DNA from: a virus
Lineage: Duplodnaviria > Heunggongvirae > Uroviricota > Caudoviricetes
Direction: 5' to 3' (one strand)
DNA: 17,175 nt
IMG/VR virus record: IMGVR_UViG_2872180393_000002
Shown here: positions 15,955-17,175 of the stretch, piece after piece
Numbering within the stretch: position 1 is the stretch's first letter
Layout: every line of letters begins with the position of its first letter
Notes under the pieces: generated by a model
Told to the model about the DNA's origin: nothing
The model's database searches: none
The model's input: the letters and a program-made list of their open reading frames with translations, nothing else
Program-made: the position numbers and the translations under genes

Positions 15955-16815
15955 ATGTGTCAGGTATTTGGTGTATCCAGGAGCGGTTATTACAACTGGG
16001 TACAGCATGAACCCTCAGACAGAAAACAAAGTGATGAGCGGCTAAAACTGGAGATTAAGGTGGCACATATCCGCACTCGCGAAACATATGGAACCCGGCG
16101 GCTCCAGACGGAGCTGGCAGAGAATGGCATCATCGTTGGTCGTGACCGACTGGCACGTCTTCGTAAGGAGCTAAGGCTACGCTGTAAGCAGAAACGCAAG
16201 TTCAGAGCGACTACGAACCCGAACCACAATCTGCCAGTTGCGCCAAATCTGCTGAACCAGACGTTCGCTCCTACAGCACCAAATCAGGTCTGGGTGGCGG
16301 ACCTGACGTATGTTGCCACACAGGAGGGATGGTTGTACCTAGCTGGCATCAAAGATGTTTATACGTGCGAAATTGTCGGCTACGCCATGGGAGAGCGCAT
16401 GACAAAAGAGCTGACAGGTAAAGCCCTGTTTATGGCGCTCAGGAGCCAGCGCCCACCTGCCGGGCTAATCCACCACTCTGATCGAGGTTCACAGTACTGC
16501 GCATACGATTACCGGGTCATACAGGAGCAGTTTGGTCTGAAAACATCAATGTCGCGTAAAGGTAACTGTTACGACAACGCTCCGATGGAAAGCTTCTGGG
16601 GAACGCTGAAAAATGAGAGCCTGAGCCACTATCGTTTTAATAACCGGGATGAAGCCATCTCAGTAATACGGGAATACATTGAGATTTTCTACAATCGTCA
16701 GCGTCGTCACTCTCGTCTGGGGAATATCTCCCGGCAGCCTTCAGGGAAAAATATCATCAGATGGCTGCTTAAAAAAAGAACAAATGGTAGTGTCCGCTAT
16801 TGCCAGTACACCTCA
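15955..16815 (+). pseudogene. IS3-family OrfB, copy C, frameshifted about 14 codons before the normal stop by a 1-bp deletion; the frame reads out of the IS to 17175
   Basis: CTCCCGGCAG here versus CTCCCCGGCAG in copies A and B. The DDE core lies upstream of the lesion and is intact. Confidence 0.8.
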
Positions 16816-17175
16816 CACCTCAACGAACCTTCGGGTGGTGAGGGTATCTATTGGCGTGTTGCCGATGAACGGGAATACATATTTATCCAGCGAACGCCAG
16901 ATATCTTTAATCGTGTTGGGGGCCAGATTCTGGCTGATTTTCACCTGGTACCATGCCGCCGCCACATTTTCGACTTCGGGCCTCTGTCTCTCTTTTTTGC
17001 CTCTCGTGGTCCTGCGGGTCAGTTCCGGCACGAATTAACGCCCTGTACTCGCTACGGCGTTTTCTGGCATCAGCCAGGGAAACATCTTCAAGCGATCCAA
17101 AACTCAGCAATATTCTTTTTTTGTCCGATGGTCGGTAGTAGGAAAATCTCCAGAGTTTTGATCCAGACGGTTTGA
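16816..17175 (-). pseudogene. int: tyrosine integrase N-terminal part (partial at the window edge), with an internal frameshift near 16975-17005
   Basis: Two overlapping frames carry consecutive integrase N-terminal homology: ..GSKLWRFSY..SLEDVSLADARKRR..GTDPQDHER, then ..NVAAAWYQVK..YVFPFIGNTPIDTLT. They switch near a T6 run at 16993-16998. Confidence 0.75.

Larger units (their letters stand above)
15553..16815 (+). mobile_element. IS3-family insertion sequence, IS600-like, copy C, 1263 bp, 3-bp target duplication CAC
   Basis: Same ends as copies A and B. CAC is repeated at 15550-15552 and 16816-16818. One C is missing from a C-run near the orfB 3' end relative to copies A and B. Confidence 0.9.
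1..17175 (-). mobile_element. P4-integrase/AlpA/primase-type integrative element (satellite or PICI-like), partial, extending beyond both window ends and interrupted by five IS elements
   Basis: Co-linear minus-strand order int, alpA, primase-helicase, iteron array, ssb, capsid module. Each module is separated by terminators and promoters. The int N-terminus runs off the right edge of the window. Confidence 0.6.

Noticed and set aside
15955-17175. 406-aa ORF as a longer transposase
   Set aside because: It is read-through caused by the 1-bp deletion in copy C. The sequence after 16815 is antisense integrase DNA.
1-17175. CRISPR arrays, tRNA or rRNA genes, and recognisable defence-system genes (restriction-modification, toxin-antitoxin, Abi)
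   Set aside because: Nothing I could recognise by eye: no regularly spaced repeats, cloverleaf-compatible segments, or defence motifs. The small unannotated ORFs (orf83, orf77, orf70) remain possible carriers of an unrecognised function but nothing supports a specific call.

Overview
Read from the sequence alone, this looks like an enterobacterial (Escherichia/Shigella-type) accessory region: one integrative element of the P4-integrase / AlpA / primase-helicase type (phage-satellite or PICI-like), riddled with five IS insertions that make up roughly 47% of the window. The element runs on the minus strand, right to left: integrase (starts beyond 17175) -> 83-aa ORF -> alpA -> a control region with a small convergent RHH-like gene and TGTGCGCAC-type palindromes -> three small ORFs -> primase/SF3-helicase -> an iteron array (at least 10 copies of TGTCTACC within about 215 bp, putative origin) -> a short SSB -> tandem terminators -> a self-contained capsid module with its own promoter and a perfect 32-bp palindromic operator, encoding a lambda-gpE-like major capsid protein and a gpD-like decoration protein -> terminator -> a triple 10-bp repeat -> 99-aa ORF. 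Three IS3-family copies (IS600-like; 1264, 1264 and 1263 bp) each carry their own 3-bp target duplication and interrupt ssb, the primase-helicase and the integrase respectively. An IS66-family element (2754 bp, 8-bp duplication) sits inside a terminator hairpin, and an IS110-family element sits in the control region upstream of the replication operon. The most interesting hypothesis is that this is a decayed satellite that encodes its own major capsid and decoration proteins outside any lambdoid late-operon context. All assignments rest on motif and homology recognition by eye; no database search was run.
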